Part shown: in pieces, positions 48,019 to 59,840 of the stretch
Numbering within the stretch: position 1 is the first letter of the stretch
How the letters are laid out: every line of letters starts with the position of its first letter
NCBI GenBank assembly: GCA_009914755.4
Contig: CP068257.2
Span: 27,296,001-27,360,000, forward strand
Source: the human T2T-CHM13v2.0 reference genome, Homo sapiens
Reading direction: 5' to 3'
Length of the DNA: 64,000 nucleotides
Translations under genes and position numbers: made by a program
The notes under the pieces: generated by a model
The model's database searches: none
What the model was told of the DNA's origin: nothing
Seen by the model: the letters and a program-made list of their open reading frames with translations, nothing else

Positions 48019-48651
48019 CTTGATATAAAACAAAATAAATATATTTAAAAATTTAGAATTAGCCAAACTATATATCTGGTGGTTCTATTTAAAATGTTTT
48101 ATCATTAAATATCTACCAAAGTTGCTTTATTTCTATCTTCTATTTCCCCTGTGCCAACGCCCCTCAAAATGTAAACATACAAAGAAATTTAATCACATAC
48201 TTTACTACTAATACAAGGTGAAAGTAGACGAAAAGCCAAGGCTTGCAATAAGTGAGAAAGTATACCGCTCTCGGTAGCATGTACAAGGGTGATCCCAGGG
48301 AATGGATATCAAGCCATCTAAGACTATTTTCCCTCAAGGACTCTTAAAACTTTGATTAGAATATAGAAGTAAACAAAATAGTTTACTACTCTTTCAACAG
48401 AACTATTTATATTCTTCAACTATGTTCAACCAGACCTTAAAATACTTCCTCCTACAACTGTCAAAAAGTAAAGAAGGAAACATATAAAAACATCTCTTTC
48501 TAATACAACCAAATGTGTAGCTCCCAGGTAATTCAAGTTAAATAGCAGGACAACTTGCAAGTAAAAGCACTTAATACAGCATCTCACATACAGCATTATG
48601 TTATTTTCATCTCTACATATATTATTCCTTCTTTTTAAAAATGTCACACAG

Positions 48652-48950
48652 GGCCGGGCCCAGTGGCTCATGCTTGTAATGCCAACACTTCGGGAGGCCG
48701 AGGCGGGTGGATCACCTGAGGTCGTGAGTTCGAGACTAGCTTGACCAACATGGTGAAACCCCATCTCTATAAAAAATACAAAAAAATTAGCCAGGTGTAG
48801 TGGTGCATGCCTATAATCCCAGCTACTCGAGAGGCTTAGGCATGAGAATCATTTGAACCCAGAAGCTGGAGGTTGCAGTGAGCTGAGACTGCGCCACTGC
48901 AATCCAGCCTGGGTGACAGAGTGAGACTCTGTCTCAAAAAAAAAACAAAA
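48652..48950 (+). mobile_element. Alu SINE (+)
   Basis: 'ggccgggcccagtggctcatgcttgtaatgccaacacttcgggaggccgaggcgggtggatcacctgaggtcgtg...'. Confidence 0.9.
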
Positions 48951-49034
48951 ACAAAAAGTCACATTGAAATCATCTGATTACTTATGAGTGAAACAAATCC
49001 TTAACATGAGTTACAATGAAACAATACAACTTAC

Positions 49035-49087
49035 TGCGGGTCACTGAGTGTATCAGGTGTTTCTTTTATAAGATGATCCTGCAGCAC
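49035..49087 (-). CDS. LTN1: LTN1 exon 5 (53 nt): VLQDHLIKETPDTLSDP plus CA
   Basis: Acceptor ctttgtag|GTG, donor CCGCA|gtaagt. Continuous with exon 4 (…DEITS|VLQDH…). Confidence 0.9.
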
Positions 49088-51410
49088 CTACAAAGGGGGG
49101 AAATACCAAAGCCTTTGGTTTTACTGAACTGTCAATGGTGAACAGACAGAGCCTAGTTAAATAAAATCCACTTTTTAAAAATCCCCATAAACATCATCTT
49201 ACCTAAGAGCAGAATCAAATAGCAAAACTGAAAGGTTTGAATTTTACCAATTTTCCTTTTCCTATCAATTCCCAAGGTTAGCTGCTTTAGATACTTCTTC
49301 CCCACGCACCTATAAATACTCCTGACCACTTGTTCCTCCATTTCTCTTTCACACAGCAATGAAGTGAATGTGAATCTGGGAGATAAATTAGGCTCTGCTT
49401 TCCTCTCCCCTCTTTCTGTAAGCCTGCTTGCCCACAAAGAACACCATACATTGTGCTCTGCTCCATCACAGAGGAAGGTATGAGGTTTTCAAATATACGG
49501 AAGTCTGTTTCCTCCTGGGGTGCAGTGCAAGGGAGTCCACTGTTCCAGTAACTGCTTTATCAGCAATAACAATAACTAACACTTATTGAGCTTTTGCATG
49601 TGCCAGGTATTGCTTTGAGCACATTTTAGGCATTAACTAAATCAATCCTCAGAACTCCATGAAGTACAAGTTAATTCCTGCTTTATAGATTATGAAATGA
49701 AGGCACAGAAACTTGCCCAAGGTCACACACCTAGTTGCTAGCTGATGGCAGAGTGGGACTAGAACCAATGGTGTGACCCAGAGCCCATGTCTTATAGACA
49801 GTATGATATACTATCTATAATGCTGACATTTTGATTTTCATTTGCCTAACTCCTCTCTAATACATGGGTTTGGAACTGGAGACAGTTCAATGCCAACAGC
49901 TGTAATGAACTGTAACATAGCCAACTAAAGGGAAAATAAAATGGAAGAAATAACCCAATGTTCAATGATTAGTTATCCATCCATGACAAAGCCAAGAACA
50001 AATTTATTTTCTAAAGCCTATGAAGAGCCAAACTAGTTGTCTCAAAATCCATTTCCTAAAGCTCTTAGCGTCCAAACTCATGACACTTCACTCTTGTAAC
50101 GTTTATAACTTGGCATTTTAAATCAACCAATGATTCTTATGCTACAGATGGGTTAGAAAACTCCATTTGAGCATATGATTAAAGCTACAAACCCTCTCTC
50201 TAGAAAAACACGCTTGGTACACCTGAGAAATGAAGAATGGAAGAACCTAAATGAGGTACTACAATCAAGTTATGTGTTGGGGAGTGCTGGGTGAAGAGAT
50301 TAGATAGGGAAGCAGGGACCAGATCATGCAGAGCCTTGTATGTCAAGACAAGAAATTTGAACTTAAAAGTGTAATGGAGAGCCACAGGAAGGATGGCTAA
50401 TTGAAAGGAGGAAGGAAAGCAGGGGGAGAGGGTCAGATGGAAATGTTTAAGTAGGGTTATACACAGGGTGTTGTGGAAACACAGGAGTACTAAATAAGGG
50501 AATAAATGCAAGCATAGATTTTTTAAAAAATTATCAATTCCCTCCTCACTTCTACTTCATCTACTTTTATTTCTCAATATAATTCTAACAACTTTGTTGT
50601 CTGGTTTTTCTAGTCCATATATTGGGAATAGAAAATGAAGGGGGAAGAAATGAGACACTACTAGAAACAGACACACTGAAAGCCACAAACAGGTATGGCT
50701 GGTAACTTTTTATGAGAAAGTTATGGCAAAAGTGTTAGCCCAGTGTGGAGAAACTTTATCTGAAAATGGGAGTATAAATTTGTTTGGCCTTTTGAAGGGC
50801 CATTTATCATTATAAAAAATTTTAATGTTCTTATTCTTTGGCCCAACATATGCTTACTAGAAGTTCTAGTAAGTATCACTCCCACAAGGGTATGAAGAGA
50901 TCTACTCAAGAATGTTTACTGAAATAGCATTTGTTATGATAAAAATTGGAAAAAAATCCAAATGTATATTAATCTAAAAAGTTAAATAAACTACAGTACA
51001 TCCATGTATAGTAATACCAGAGAGCCAATAAAAAGAAAAAGACACTAAGTTAGATCTGTATATATATATATATTGATATGGAAACACGAGAGAAAATAAT
51101 TTTAGATTTATTTTTAGATATATTACTTGTTTAGATTACATAAAACATCTACTTTTTAAAAATATAATAAAGACTTCAAAATTAAAATGGAAAATTTAAA
51201 TACTGTAGAAAGATCCAATCCAAAATGTTAATCTTGTTAAAGATCCAAAATGGTTATTTAACTAAACAGAATTTTAAAAAGGCAACCTTCAGTTGGAAAT
51301 ACTCTACTTACTCATTCCCCTACAATCCCAAGTAAAAGAGCTGTCATTATGCTTATAACCCTTAAATACTTAAAAAAAAAAAATAGATTCAGAATGATTC
51401 CAGAACTTAC

Positions 51411-51641
51411 ACTTGTAATTTCATCCTTACAAAATGCTATGGCTTCAGGTTGCTTGCTTGGAGGAAAAGCCGCTTCAAATGCATCTTTTGCTGCAAACGC
51501 AGCTGGTGTGTAAGTATCACACTGAGCCATTAGCCAATATCCCATTAAACTTTTTAAGTATGGAGCCAACTGTTTCTTTACTTTAAGGATAAGTTTTTCA
51601 AAAGCTTGTTGTGTGGCTTCTCGGACGCGACGGTCATGATC
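51411..51641 (-). CDS. LTN1: LTN1 exon 4 (77 codons): [77 protein letters not shown]
   Basis: Acceptor atatttttaatag|GAT, donor AGT|gtaagt. Track ORF 51312–51569 begins at an alternative-start TTG, not a real start. Confidence 0.9.
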
Positions 51642-51896
51642 CTATTAAAAATATAAATGTGATTTAAAATAGCTCTAGCCCATAAAAACAATCACAGACA
51701 TTTCTGGATATGCTATAATGACCCATTACCAAGAATTCACCTATGTATTAAGCTAAACTGAAATCATTTTTTTTAAATCAATAATTTGGAGGTTTTTAAA
51801 TCAGAAACTATGTAAAATAATTTATTAATTTTTCTTTCTCCCCTTCTCCCAATGAGATAGGATTGTATTCAAGACAGATTCAAAGTTGGGCCTTGA

Positions 51897-52200
51897 GGCC
51901 GAGCCTGGTGGCTCGTGCCTATAATCTCAGTACTTTCGGTGGCCGAGGCAGGCGGATTATTGGCGGTCAGGAGTTCAAGACCAGCCTGGCCAACATGGTG
52001 AAACCCCGTCTCTACTAAAAATACAAAAAATTAGCGGGGCATGGTGGCACACACCTGTAATCCCAGTTACTCAGGAGGCTAAGGCAGGAGAATCACTTGA
52101 ACCCAGGAGACGAGGTTGCAGTGAACAGAGATCGCGCCACTGCACTCCAGCCTGGGTGACAGAATGAGACTCCGTCTCAATTAAAAAAAAAAAAAAAAAA
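51897..52200 (+). mobile_element. Alu SINE (+)
   Basis: 'ggccgagcctggtggctcgtgcctataatctcagtactttcggtggccgaggcaggcggattattggcggtcagg...' then poly-A. Confidence 0.9.
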
Positions 52201-52376
52201 GTTGGGTCTTCAATAATTAAGCAACTCACTCTCATTCTTCTGCAGCAAATATACAGGGAATAAAATCACTATCAAAATTTATTAAAACTGGAAAGCACCT
52301 GGGTAATTCTCCAGTAACAACCTAATTTCTGAAAACAGACTTCCTAAATGTTCTTCATAACCCAACACAATCCAAT

Positions 52377-52682
52377 CTTTTTTTTTTTTTTTTTTAAAGA
52401 CATTGTCTTGTTCTATTGTCCAGGCTGGAGTGCAGTGGTGCAATCTTGGCTCACTGCAACCTCCGCCCCACCGGGTTCAAGCGATTTTCCTGCCTCAGCC
52501 TCCCAAGTAGCTGGGATTACAGGCATCCATCACCACACCCGGCTAATTTTTGTATTTTTAGTAGAGACAGGGTTTCACCATGTTGGCCAGGCTGGTCTCA
52601 AACTCCTGACCTCAAGTGATCTGCCCACCTCAGCCTCCCAAAGTGCTGGGATTACAGGCATGAGCCACCATACCAGGCCCCA
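52377..52682 (-). mobile_element. Alu SINE (minus orientation)
   Basis: poly-T then '...gtctt gttctattgtccaggctggagtgcagtggtgcaatcttggctcactgcaacctcc...gctgggattacaggcatgagccaccataccaggcc'. Confidence 0.9.
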
Positions 52683-52857
52683 ATCTCTTTTTTTATTTCC
52701 ACGCTCTTCTCAAGTGTTAACAATTCAATCTGCATAACAATGCTGACATAACATTTAATAACCCTCACCAAAAATCAACATTATAAATTTGAGAGTCTCC
52801 ATGACTCCAACCAAAAAATATACAACAGAAATAAACTAGCAAAGTTTTAATACTTAC

Positions 52858-52956
52858 AAGTGAAATTTTGCAAAAAATTCTTGGCCAATATGGAAGAACT
52901 CCTTTCACAGTTTCTGTGTCTCTCTCTGTACACATGGTTCCAAATTCCTGCATAGC
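52858..52956 (-). CDS. LTN1: LTN1 exon 3 (33 codons): [33 protein letters not shown]
   Basis: Acceptor taacttacttttag|GCT, donor CTT|gtaagtatt. Confidence 0.9.
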
Positions 52957-53449
52957 CTAAAAGTAAGTTATTAACATCATTAGGATTAACAACCATAATA
53001 ACTGGCTATAGATTATTCTGTTCTGGAAGCTTTGTCTATTTTATGTAATAGGAGAATACACTATTTCTCTTTATGCCATATGAGACTAGTTTGAAGAGCT
53101 CTTTCACAGGCTACTACGGTAGAAACTCTTCAGTTGTTTTTTTAAAAATAAAACATCTACAAACAAAAAAACCTCATTTAAAGTTACAAGGTCAAAGTTA
53201 CATTCCCTAATGGGAAAAACTATACAGCCAAAATTCCAAAGCACTTTAAAAAAGTTCACTGTAACAAACTAATTTACGACCTAGAAAATAAATATCAACT
53301 AAGTTTAAGACTCTGTGTCAGAAAAAAGTACAATTATAAAAGAACTTAGCAATAAATTGTTCATTTTTCTTTACATAAAACATGCTAATGACATTTTATT
53401 TTAACAAAGGGATTTTCTTGATAATTTTTATGAAAACAAGAAAACTTGC

Positions 53450-53653
53450 TTTTAATTTTGTGGTGACATCTTTCTTTGAAAGTTTCCGCAGCACCATTCG
53501 GAAATCAGAATCTACAAGACTGTCAATTTCTTCAGCTCCTTGAATAGCAGGAACATAGCCTAGGTCACTCTGAGATGTTCCAAAACCAATAAATCCAGGC
53601 ACTGTTCCCTGTTCTTTGGCAAGGAGTTCTGCAGCTCGGCCACTGTTTGAAGG
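53450..53653 (-). CDS. LTN1: LTN1 exon 2 (68 codons): [68 protein letters not shown]. Ends at a GC (not GT) splice donor
   Basis: Acceptor cttatcag|CCT. Donor AAA|GCAAGTtttc is a GC–AG intron with consensus GCAAGT. The junction gives …TTKLK|AMQEF…, matching listerin; no GT donor in this frame would. Confidence 0.9.
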
Positions 53654-54580
53654 CTGATAAGAAAATTACGGAGAAAAAAGTCAGAGTCCAGGAAGGGTTC
53701 AAAACTTAACTTTATAATTCCTTGGCTATTCCCATGGTCAGAATGAGCTTTTATTTTATTTTCTTTTTTCCTAGCCTAAAATTTCATCTATTGCAAAGTT
53801 CCCCAAAGATTAATGGTTTTGTTGCCAAGAATCCATCAATACTGATCCTAGAAATTATTCTGTTTCTTAAACATTAGAATGTTTTGTAAACCATGGATAC
53901 AATCCATTAGTGGCTCATGATATCAATATAATGGACCATGACAGAATTTTAAAGAAATTGATTAAAATTTTTAAAATCAGAATGTATCACATGCAGGAAA
54001 ATTTTCATAAATGCTGTTATGAATTTTTTATTTCTAACTTTCATATAAATAGTATGTATACACATATGTATACTATGTAATGATGTAAAATGAACTCATA
54101 AATAGAACCCATCCTTTCATTCACCCATTAAATGAACAATTATTTATTAAACAATCACAATGGCCCAGGTCTAATGATAGCTGCCTCTAGACTGAGAGTT
54201 CCTTGAGAGTGGATACACTCATTTCCACACACTCCAAAGCCTAGCCTAACCTCTTTGGGCTAAAATTACATTATTATAGCCATAAAAATCAATACAACAG
54301 TCAATCTATAATACAGACTCCTTTGTTTTGAATCATAGTCAGTGGTTTCTTTGACTGATACACAATATAGTAGTCTTCTACTAAAAGGAGGTGAGTTGAT
54401 ACAGAGAAAGAAAATATTTGAACTGCTAAAAGAAATTAACTTATTGTTATCTAAACAGAAAATGCTTCAGTTTGACCACCAAGCTGACATCACAACCCAT
54501 CTAAAGTCATCTATTTCTTATTTCTCTATAAGGATGTTTGCCAACGGTTATCCAAATGTGTGATTCAAATTGCTCATACC

Positions 54581-54872
54581 GGCCGGGCACAGTGGCTCAC
54601 GCCTGTAATCTCAGCACTTTGGAAGGCCAAGGCGGGCAGATCACGAGGTCAGGAGTTCGAGACCAGCCTGGCCAACATGGTGAAACCCCATCTCTACCAA
54701 AGATACAAAAAATTAACTGGGCGTGGTGGCGCACGCCTGTAATCCCAGCTACTCGGGAGGCTGAGGCAAGAGAATCGCTTGAACCGGAAGGCAGAGGTTG
54801 CAATGAGCCAAGATTGTGCCATTGCACTCCAGCCTGGGTGACAGGGCGAGACTCTGTCTCAAAAAAAAAAAA
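54581..54872 (+). mobile_element. Alu SINE (+), first of a tandem pair
   Basis: 'ggccgggcacagtggctcacgcctgtaatctcagcactttggaaggccaaggcgggcagatcacgaggtcagg...' then poly-A; preceded by 'caaattgctcatacc'. Confidence 0.9.
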
Positions 54873-54902
54873 AAACAACAAAAAAAAACAAATTGCTCAT
54901 AC

Positions 54903-55200
54903 CGGCCAGGCAAGGTGGCTCATGCCTGTAATCCCAACACTTTGGGAGGTCAAGGCGGGTGGATCACTTGAGCCCTGAAGTTCGAAACCAGCCTCGGCAA
55001 CATGGCAAAACCCTGTCTCTATCAAAAACACAAAAATTAGCCAGGCGTGGTGGCATGTGCCTGTAATCCCACCTACTCAGGAGGGTGAGTCATGAGAATT
55101 GCTTGAACCTGGGAGGCTGAGGTTGCAGTGAGTCAAGATTGTGCTACTGCACTCCACCCAGGGCAACAGAGCGAGGCTCTGTCTCAAAAAAAAAAAAAAA
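54903..55200 (+). mobile_element. Alu SINE (+), second of the tandem pair; preceded by the same 'caaattgctcatacc' 15-mer
   Basis: 'ggccaggcaaggtggctcatgcctgtaatcccaacactttgggaggtcaaggcgggtggatcacttgagccctg...' then poly-A. Confidence 0.9.
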
Positions 55201-55406
55201 AAATCCTAATACCTAGCAAAAGTGTGTTTGGAAAATTCATCTGACAAGGAATAATCTGGCCTACTTCCTAAACTGAACTGAGTGAACAGGAAAGAAAATG
55301 ATGGCCTGCATTACATTTGTTTTCAATCTGTAGCATTTAAGACTAATTCCAAAAAAGGTTCTCTATTTTTTTTTTTAAGTGAAAGTAAGTTTATTAAGAA
55401 AATAGG

Positions 55407-55750
<344 letters not shown>

Positions 55751-56446
55751 TTAAGTTTATTAAAATGAATTAATATTAATTATTCAATTCACCTTTCTCA
55801 ATATTGGTACATGAATAAAGAGCCACAAAGGAAGTAGTTAGTGAATTATAATTCTTAAACTAAATATGATGACTTTAGGGTATCAGAATTTTCTACAATC
55901 TCATGTGTAAACGGTTTTATTATGAAACAGAATAAAAAACTAATTATTGCTAACATCTAAAGGAGTTGAGGCTGAAATAACAGAATTAGGAGTGATAACT
56001 AGGGGCAAAAGAGAAGGTATCAAATTTCCAGTCTCCAATTTAAAAGTAACAAGTTACTTTTAAATGCACTATCTTTTTTTAATGTCTACTTTAAATTTAA
56101 AATATAGTTACTCTTATGATCTTTGTATGTTAAGTGCTATACCCATAGTTCAATAAAAATTAAGAAACAATTCTATTTATGGCACTTATTTTTTTTTTTG
56201 TACTATGCCTACTTCTGTCTACACTCTTTCATGCCTAGCTTCTAGAGTTATTTGTGGTGGCAATCCTGAGTCTACAAAGACCAAACCAAGGAAGACTTAC
56301 AAGACCTTTCACCATCTAACCTCAACTTTTCCCAGTCTTATCTCCTGCCACTCTTTCCTTCCCTTGCCCCACTTCCTTCTCCCTTCTTCAAATTATGCTG
56401 CCATCATTCATGCCCTAGTAGCAAACTGAATTCGAAGTTCTCTGAG

Positions 56447-56713
56447 GCAGGGCATGGTGGCTCACACCTGTAATCCCAGCACTTTAGGAGGCTGAGCGTA
56501 TCTTTGGGCAGATCACTTCAGGCCAAGAGTTTGAGACCAGCCTAGCCAACATGGCAAAACCCTGTATCTATTAAAAATACAAAAAATTAGCCGGGTGTGA
56601 TGGTGCACGCCTGTAATCCCAGCTACTCGAGAGGCTGAGGCAACAAAACTGCTTGAACCTGGGAGGTGGAGGTTGCAGTGACCCGAGACTCTGTCTCAAA
56701 AAAAAAAAAAAAG
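56447..56713 (+). mobile_element. Alu SINE (+) with an internal deletion
   Basis: 'ggcagggcatggtggctcacacctgtaatcccagcactttaggaggctgag...cctgggaggtggaggttgcagtgacccgagactctgtctcaaaaaaa'. Confidence 0.85.
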
Positions 56714-57667
56714 TTATCTATGTGATGGCCTTTCACAATTTGATCTTTATATAACCTTTTTTCTCTACCTGAAAACGCTTCCTTTCTTTTCACTGTCTGA
56801 CAAACTCCTACTCATCTTTCAAACTCATGTTTGCAACACTTGCCTTCCTCCATTCTCTTCCATTCTCCCACATTCTTTCTTCTAATACCTGCATCATAAT
56901 TCTTTAACATTTGCTTACATATGTGTCTGTATCATCAAACTAATAGTTCAAGAACAGCAGACATCTATTATCTCTGAATACCTGACATCCAGTATCAGAG
57001 TCTTCTATTGAAGACTTTGCCACATTAAAGTTAAAATCCCAACTCCACAACTTCCTGGCTACATGAGCTTAGGCAAGCTAATTTCTCTAAACCTCAGTTT
57101 CACCACATTTAAAATGAGATATGAGTAATTAATTCATTAGTTGGGTTGTTTTCATGATTAAGCATAAGTTTTTAAATCACCATAGTAATAACTGATTCCA
57201 GCAAGAATCAAAGGGTGCTCAAACCATTAGGTGAAAGTTTGTGGAAGAGCAGGACATTCACAGTTTCAAACTAACATATTATTTGTTATTGGCCAATGGA
57301 AAAATATAACTTTATAATGAACAACACCTTAACCAAGTAATTAAACAAATACCACCAATAAGGGGACAAACAGGTGCGAAGTGCCCCTGGTGTGTGATGC
57401 ACTGAGAAAGACTCATCATCTATGAAGAATTCCTTCTAAAAATTGTTTAGCCTGAATCTAATCATAAGGAAAAAACTAGATGAATCTGAATTAATCAAAC
57501 AAATGGCCCAGGCTCTTCCAAATTTTGTTAAAAAAGACACTCCTCTCCCCGCTTAAACAGTACTGAGAAACTGTCTAGATCAAAGAAACCCAAATGGTAA
57601 CTAAATGGAATGAGTGATCCTTGACTGAATCTCAGATGTTAAAACGGTTTATCTTTTTAAAAAAGTC

Positions 57668-58020
57668 CCAGCCTGGGCAACATGGCAAAACTCTGTCCCT
57701 ACAAAAATAAGCTAGCCGTGATGGCCTGTACCTGTAGTCCTAGCTACTGGAAAGGCTAAGCTGGGAGGATCACTTGAACCCGAGAGGCGGAGATTGCAGT
57801 GAGCCAAGTTCACGCCTCTGCACTCCAGCCTGGGTAACAGAGCCAGACTCTGTCCCCGAAAAAAAAAAAAAAAAGATTAGCCAGGAGTCCTAGCTACTAA
57901 GGAGGCTGAGGTGGGAGGACTGACCGCTTGAGCCCAAGAGGTTGACACTGCAGTGGGCCATGATCATACCACCACACTCCAGGTTTGGAGACAGAGCGAC
58001 CCTGTCTTACAAAAAAAAAA
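57668..58020 (+). mobile_element. Two partial Alu right-arm fragments (+) in tandem
   Basis: 'cagcctgggcaacatggcaaaactctgtccctacaaaaataagctagccgtgatggcctgtacctgtagtcc...'; the second copy at about 57880–58020 ends in poly-A. Confidence 0.75.
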
Positions 58021-59482
58021 AAAGAAAAAAGAGAACATTATTGGGATAACTACAGAAGTCTAAATACAAGGCTGTATCCTGGATTACAGTATTATACAAA
58101 AGTCAAAGTTTCTGCATACTATAACCATTATTATAATTGCTGCAGGCTAGAAAATGGCATTGTTTTTAGAAGATACATGCTGATGTATTTAGGAGTTAAG
58201 AGTCCCGACTTCTGCAACTAACTCTTATAAGTTCAGAAAAATACATAAATTAAGAGAGAGAAAGCAAATGCAACCAAGTATTAGCAATTGGTAAATGTAG
58301 GTAAAGAGTATATGGGATGTCGTTCTAATATTCTTGCAACTTTTCCTCATAAGAACTTTTCAAATATAAAACATTTGAGAAAATCTGTTAAATAAAAAAC
58401 ATTAAAAGATGCAAGTAAAGTGCTTAGCACAGTAACACAACAGGTTGCTATAATTGTTAATACTGTTATTATCTTCCAAAACAGATTAAGTGACAGATGT
58501 AAGAAAATGTGACATTGAAATCACTAGAATTAACTACATCAGAAACAGGAAAAAAAAGCATTCTCATAAAATTGGACTGTGCTATAATAAATCTAACACC
58601 ATAAAAAAATACCATTACAAAACCCCTCATCGTGTAGTTTTACACGAATCCACTTTAAGGTCGTCCTTAAGCAAGTACTTACTGAGCGTCTATTAGGTGC
58701 CAGTCTGTTCTAGGTTCCGAGGATAAAAACATTTGCTTTCAAAATACTTACGTCCTAGTGAACCAAGACAATAAATGTCATAAATACAATGGAGTAAAAT
58801 AAAGTAGGAAGAACATGGGAGTGGGGAAGGGCTACCAAGAGGGTGATCATGGGAGACCTCACTGAGGTGTCGAGAGCAAAGTTTGGAGCCACCTAACTGA
58901 AGAGCGTTGGGAGCCGGCCAGGTAGTCAAGGCACAGTGAAGAGATCAGTGTGGCTGGATGAAGTAAGCCAAGAGGAGGGAGCTGAAGATGGGACTGCAGA
59001 TGGAAAGGGGTAACAGGCAGTCCAGAAACCAAATATACCATCCTAAGAGCTTTAGCTTAGGAGAAGCCACTGTAGGTAGCAAAGGAGAGGCACAATCTGC
59101 GGTAACCTCCACAGTGGATTCACTTTAACATTCTCCCAACTCTCCTTCTTCCCAGCGCCGCCCTCCCCCAACCAACCCGCTACCTCGGCCAGATCACCTT
59201 CCAGTGAACCTGACACATTATCATTTCTTCATGAATATTATGGGTGTGTGCTCGGATGAGGACAGCTCTGGCATGGTACATCTTTTCTCTCACGATTCCC
59301 CAATCTGCTCAGAGATAACACAAACCGCTCTCAGGGACGCACACACAACAGAGAGGTCACACTCGACAGGGAAACACACGCCTCCCTACAGCCGCGCTCC
59401 ACACACCCTCCAGCAACGCGCTGGGCGGAGCCAGCCGCCTCGAAGCGAGGCTCCCGGGTCGGCCGAGCCAGCCCCCGCTCAC

Positions 59483-59524
59483 CCTCAGGTTCCCTTTAGT
59501 TCGCTGCTTGTTCTTCCCGCCCAT
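59483..59524 (-). CDS. LTN1: LTN1 exon 1 coding part: ATG at 59524–59522, MGGKNKQRTKGNLR, donor AGG|gtgagc. The 5' UTR continues rightwards to an undetermined TSS (about 59.6–59.7 kb)
   Basis: Strong Kozak context (gcgaccATGG). Peptide matches the listerin N-terminus. An in-frame upstream ATG at 59662–59660 would add 46 residues (MDRVGGGKGPGG…). Confidence 0.9.
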
Positions 59525-59840
59525 GGTCGCGGTTGCAGCTGTACTCTGAGCACTCAGACCCCGGTTGACACGTCCGGGACACAACTTCCGGCTTCTGGCG
59601 GCGGAAGAGGACACCCTGTAATAACTTCCCCCGGGCCCTTTTCCGCCACCCACCCTGTCCATTTGCTGCCCCACTTCCGCTCCCGCCTCCCGCTGTGTCC
59701 CTGACCATCCGCCACCGGAGACGTCACAGCTAAAGCCACGCCTGTCTGAGTGATGTCATTCCTGGCCAATAGGAAGCCAAGCATTGGACCCGTGGCGCCA
59801 AATCCTGTCCTCCCCGCTTTCAGAAGCTAGGTTTGTTCCT
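59525..59840 (-). promoter_or_regulatory. LTN1: LTN1 CpG-island promoter and 5' UTR region (TATA-less)
   Basis: On the gene strand: ETS core CCGGAAGT (59586–59593), CRE-like TGACGTC (59720–59727), TGACATCA, CCAAT plus inverted CCAAT (ATTGG, 59765–59775), E2F-like TTTGGCGCC (about 59785–59795); high CpG density from 59400 to 59830. Confidence 0.6.

Noticed and set aside
59204-59784. Overlapping 70–166-aa ORFs on both strands across the LTN1 exon 1 / CpG island (59204–59704 +, 59496–59708 −, 59554–59784 −)
   Set aside because: GC-rich CpG-island sequence yields long stop-free frames by chance. Only the frame containing MGGKNKQRTKGNLR followed by a GT donor matches a real protein. The track's 'M' at 59674 is a GTG, not ATG.
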